DNA of 55,158 bases, the filler included, from Platydemus manokwari (Eukaryota): the NCBI GenBank assembly GCA_037951405.1. It is 4 parts of 4 records of this genome, joined end to end, with 100 filler letters (N's around TTAATTAATTAA, not from the genome) between each part and the next. Parts side by side here need not be neighbours in the genome. Positions count along the whole stretch, not along the records: positions 36,781 to 55,158 come from JBBMOY010422221.1; 3 more parts are not named here. One strand, given 5' to 3'. Position 1 is the first letter of the stretch; every line of letters starts with the position of its first letter. This document shows positions 51,801 to 55,158 of this stretch, one piece after another. The notes beneath the pieces were generated by a model, which saw only the letters and a program-made list of their open reading frames with translations, did no database searches and was not told the origin of the DNA. The position numbers and the translations under genes were made by a program.

Positions 51801-54760
51801 GCTCACTAACTCTTCTCGTAGAAAATCAGAAAATCAAAAAATTCGCAGGGAAGTCCCAATATTCGGTGCTGCCGTTACCCATGAATTACAGACAGATTTA
51901 TTGTCCAGTATCAGGAATAACAGTGAAAAACGATATTTAAAACAATTTTATTAAGTCGACATGAGGGATTATTCCACTGCTTTGTGAAGACCATGTTTAT
52001 GGTTAATAAATATTAGTTATTTTTTTAAAAAAAACAATTGATATTTTTCTTATAGTTTACTGATAAAAAGTGTATCATATTAAAATCTAGAAGGTCTAAA
52101 TTTTAGAAACATTAACAATTATCTAGGCTTTAAAATGAATTAAAATATTTTCAAAACGTTTATTTAAATTTCATTTGTAAATTTATATAATTCACCTTTA
52201 GTTACATCAGTTTGAATGTTAAGAATTAGTTTTTCATTTTCTTTTACAACAATATTAGTGAATGGTTTGATTATTTTCGGTGGTTGCTGAATTTCTTCTG
52301 GTTTGGCTAAAGTGATATGATAAATAAGTATTTGATTTTCATAGTTACCAGGTAAAATAGTCAAACGACTTTTTGTGATTGCAGTTCCTAGGAAATTGGT
52401 AGCTCTCACTGAATATATTTCACTGTCTTTTTCAAACACCTGTGGTATTTCCAAGATGGCAATACTATCTGTTGTCTTAATCTAAATTTTTTATTGACAA
52501 AAATTTATTGAAAATAAAAATTAACCTTTAAATTTGGTGAAGATATAATTTCTTGTTCTCCTCGGTACCATTTTATTTCTGGTTTCGGATTTCCAGTATA
52601 TTCAACTCGAAATCTAATATTAGATATCCATATAAATATATGGATATATTAAAAAAATTACATTGCAGGTTTTCCTTCTTCAATCTTTAATGGTTGCAAG
52701 ATTGTTTTGAATAATGGTGGTTTACCATCGACCGAAGAGCGTCTAGAATCTACACTAGCTGAACGCGAAAGTTCTGCTGCTAGAAATAAATGTGTTGTAA
52801 ATATATCCAATTTGATTATATATTAAGTTTTACATTGTTGACTTGATCGTCGTTCTTGCTTTTGAGTTACAATAAGACTTGTATCGGCTCTATCAGATCC
52901 ATTACAATTTTTAGCTATCACATCCACACGAGTACTGTCATATAATTGGCAATTTTGAATTGTCAAAATATAATGAGGATAATCACATTCCACAAAACAT
53001 TTTTCATAAAATGGATTCTCTGAATTCAATGGTTTACCGGCTAAAAACCAAGTTACTTGAGGTTCCGGTGAGCCAGTAATTTCCGTAATGAATTTTGCAA
53101 TTCCTCCAATGTCTGTTTTGCATACTGTAGGACATTTTATAATACAAGGTGGTATTCCGTCAGCAGTTTGAGTAACAAAGTCTTCTTCACTCAATGAACT
53201 ATAATTTAAACATAATAATTTTTGAAATCTTAATAAATACTTTTACCTCTTTGATTTCTTTTGTTTTGGAATATTTTTTAGCCATTCTGGAGCATGTGTG
53301 GCTTGTTCCATTTTTACTGATTTAAAAATGAATTATAAACAATAAAATAATGAATTATGAATCGTTGATAAACGAATTTATAAAAATATGTTCATAAATA
53401 TTATAGACATCATTAATATGTTCAAGTCATGATAATATATAAAAATTATAAATTACTTGGAATAATGAAGCAAGCATAAAAAATGTTGATCAGAAAAATT
53501 AAATTGAAATGGAATAAAATACATTCGACTCACTTGGTTTAATTGATAATCTAGCATTACAAGATATATTGGATGTAGGATTGGTAGCAACGCACTGATA
53601 CCACCCTATATCCGAATTATCGGATTTCTCTACAGTTAATGAGCTTGAATAGTCTTGGTTATCGATTAAAATATTTTCCGATTCGGAAATAATTCTAAAT
53701 AATATTCATATGAAAAATCGATCAAAAATATGAATAAATGTTTTTGTTATTACGACTTTACTTACTTTCCATCTTTATGCCAGGTGAAAGTAATTGGTAA
53801 AGATCCCTCAACGACACACATAAATGTCGCTGGCGCTCCTACCTGAACACATACTGCTGTTAGTTTTTTCAAAAATTTCAGTGGAGTGATTTTCTGAATG
53901 GGTGCGACAACAATCGTCGTTGAAAATGAATCTCTGCCTAATTTGTTCATAGCAATACATTGATAATTTCCATTATCTTCTAAATCCAAAGGACAAAATA
54001 CGAGAGATTGTACACCATTTTCATTGATTATCGACTTAACGTGGATTAAATTTATTATTAAATTTCAACAACAATTACTTTCACTCTGGAACTGTAAACC
54101 AATGGACATCCATCTTTTAGCCATGAGATAATAGGCCAAGGATGTCCTTCTACTTTGAAATCAAGTTTTGATATACTTTTATCTATAGTTTCTAATTTTG
54201 GCAATGGTTTTTGAGTAAATTTCGGAGGAAATTCTTTTATCTAAAAGAAATTTTTGTTTAATTTTATCTAATAATTCATATTTATTTTCATTTTTTTACC
54301 GCAAGATGTTTTAGATTTATATTTATAAATAATATTTATTTTATTATTTATAAACACTATTTTTATTTTATACTATTTATTTATGGGAAAAATCGATTAT
54401 AAATAATTTCTGAATACAAATAACAAACAAACATTTAAGTCTTTCTCTGCATCGCTGGAAACGCTGGATCTAAGTGATCTTTTCCTTTCAAAAACGGTTT
54501 CCATTTCACTAATTACTGTTTTCCTTGGCTCCGTCGTTTTAACGATTCTAAAAGCAAATGAATTAATTTAAATAATATAAGCTAAAAATTAAATTATTAC
54601 AGTTGGGTTACAGCATATCGTTTTCCAGTAGGATTTTCTGCTGATAATTTGTATGTTCCCGCATTTTCAAAATGACAAGATGATATTATAAAACAAGTAT
54701 CTCCTGTTTTTTCATTTCGGTTCAGATAGTAATTTTTGTTATCAATCTTGATCTCTTTTT
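36858..54760 (-). CDS. Giant titin-like Ig/FN3/PEVK muscle protein, internal portion (5' and 3' ends missing)
   Basis: 25 frame-compatible GT-AG exons traced by hand: 54601-54760, 54433-54547, 54079-54240, 53766-54034, 53534-53694, 53247-53316, 52834-53198, 52662-52779, 52526-52613, 52349-52481, 52196-52306, 51021-51376, 50841-50970, 50655-50783, 49999-50357, 49693-49822, 49519-49642, 46822-49434, 45724-45953, 40635-45667, 40425-40590, 39223-40380, 38448-38819, 38132-38401, 36858-38087 (about 14 kb coding). About 22 I-set Ig domains (PxF...GxPxPxVxW...DxGxYxC.A.N), 4 FN3 (W..P..DGGSPI..Y, FRV.A.N..G) and long E/K/V/I-rich spacers. Confidence 0.92.
39240..39945 (-). repeat. Coding 54-bp (18-aa) PEVK-like tandem repeats with acidic spacer blocks
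   Basis: Units like KVPEVKMEQKPELKKETE; block EQEAEFHLDLDDIDEHKESIVEADL occurs twice. Confidence 0.9.
41330..41990 (-). repeat. Second array of the same 18-aa PEVK-like repeats and acidic blocks
   Basis: Same units and block (twice); DNA highly similar to about 39380-39720. Confidence 0.9.
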
Positions 54761-55158
54761 CTGTAACAAAAATTAAATAAATAAACTCACCGAACAGATA
54801 TGATGATTAAAATCAGATTATTGTATTGATATTCCAAGATTTCTAATGGGGAATAATTAAAATAACTATTGGCTTCAATTATTTATTGGAGATTTAATAC
54901 TTGGAATAAAATTAATTAATAACTTTCATAAACAAATGAATGAAAATAATAATTTACTAGTATTTCAATAATTGGGTGAATCCCGTAAATTTATCTAACG
55001 ATTTATATTGAAGTTGTATAATTAATTTTCTTAAATAATTTGTTTCATTTTTATGAAATTTCATTTTGATTTGAAGTCTATTTCAACCGTTATTGAACTC
55101 AGATTTTTAAAAAGCGCTCAATAAATTAATGTTTGAATCGATTTTTAAAATATTTTAA

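Noticed and set aside
51757-51954. Plus-strand 65-aa ORF in a titin intron
   Set aside because: No motifs; short ORF compatible with chance or an unidentified insertion.

Overview
AT-rich eukaryotic (animal) genomic DNA with many 42-56 bp GT-AG introns, a style compatible with a planarian-like flatworm (inference only). The window is four contigs joined by identical artificial 100-nt spacers (N44-TTAATTAATTAA-N44 at 13130, 23701 and 36681), so adjacency across the gaps is not biological evidence. The last contig (36781-55158) is an internal part of a giant titin-like muscle gene on the minus strand. I traced 25 exons by hand (about 4,700 codons, about 22 Ig and 4 FN3 domains, a 5,033-bp exon, and 18-aa PEVK-like repeats); both ends are missing. 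Other genes are an intronless, divergent NDR/LATS-type kinase (3752-5275, -), a small spliced ankyrin-repeat gene (16790-17551, -) and an intronless class A GPCR (30299-31222, +). Intergenic DNA holds Merlin (IS1595-like) transposon derivatives, a hAT (Buster/Charlie-like) MITE family with 8-bp TSDs, a pogo/Tigger CENP-B fragment, and decayed gene relics (LATS-like, innexin-like, ankyrin-like, RING-like). No rRNA, tRNA or CRISPR was recognised. I cannot demonstrate a new biological system. The best leads are the minimal LATS-like kinase plus a LATS-like relic, and the repeat architecture of the titin-like gene.
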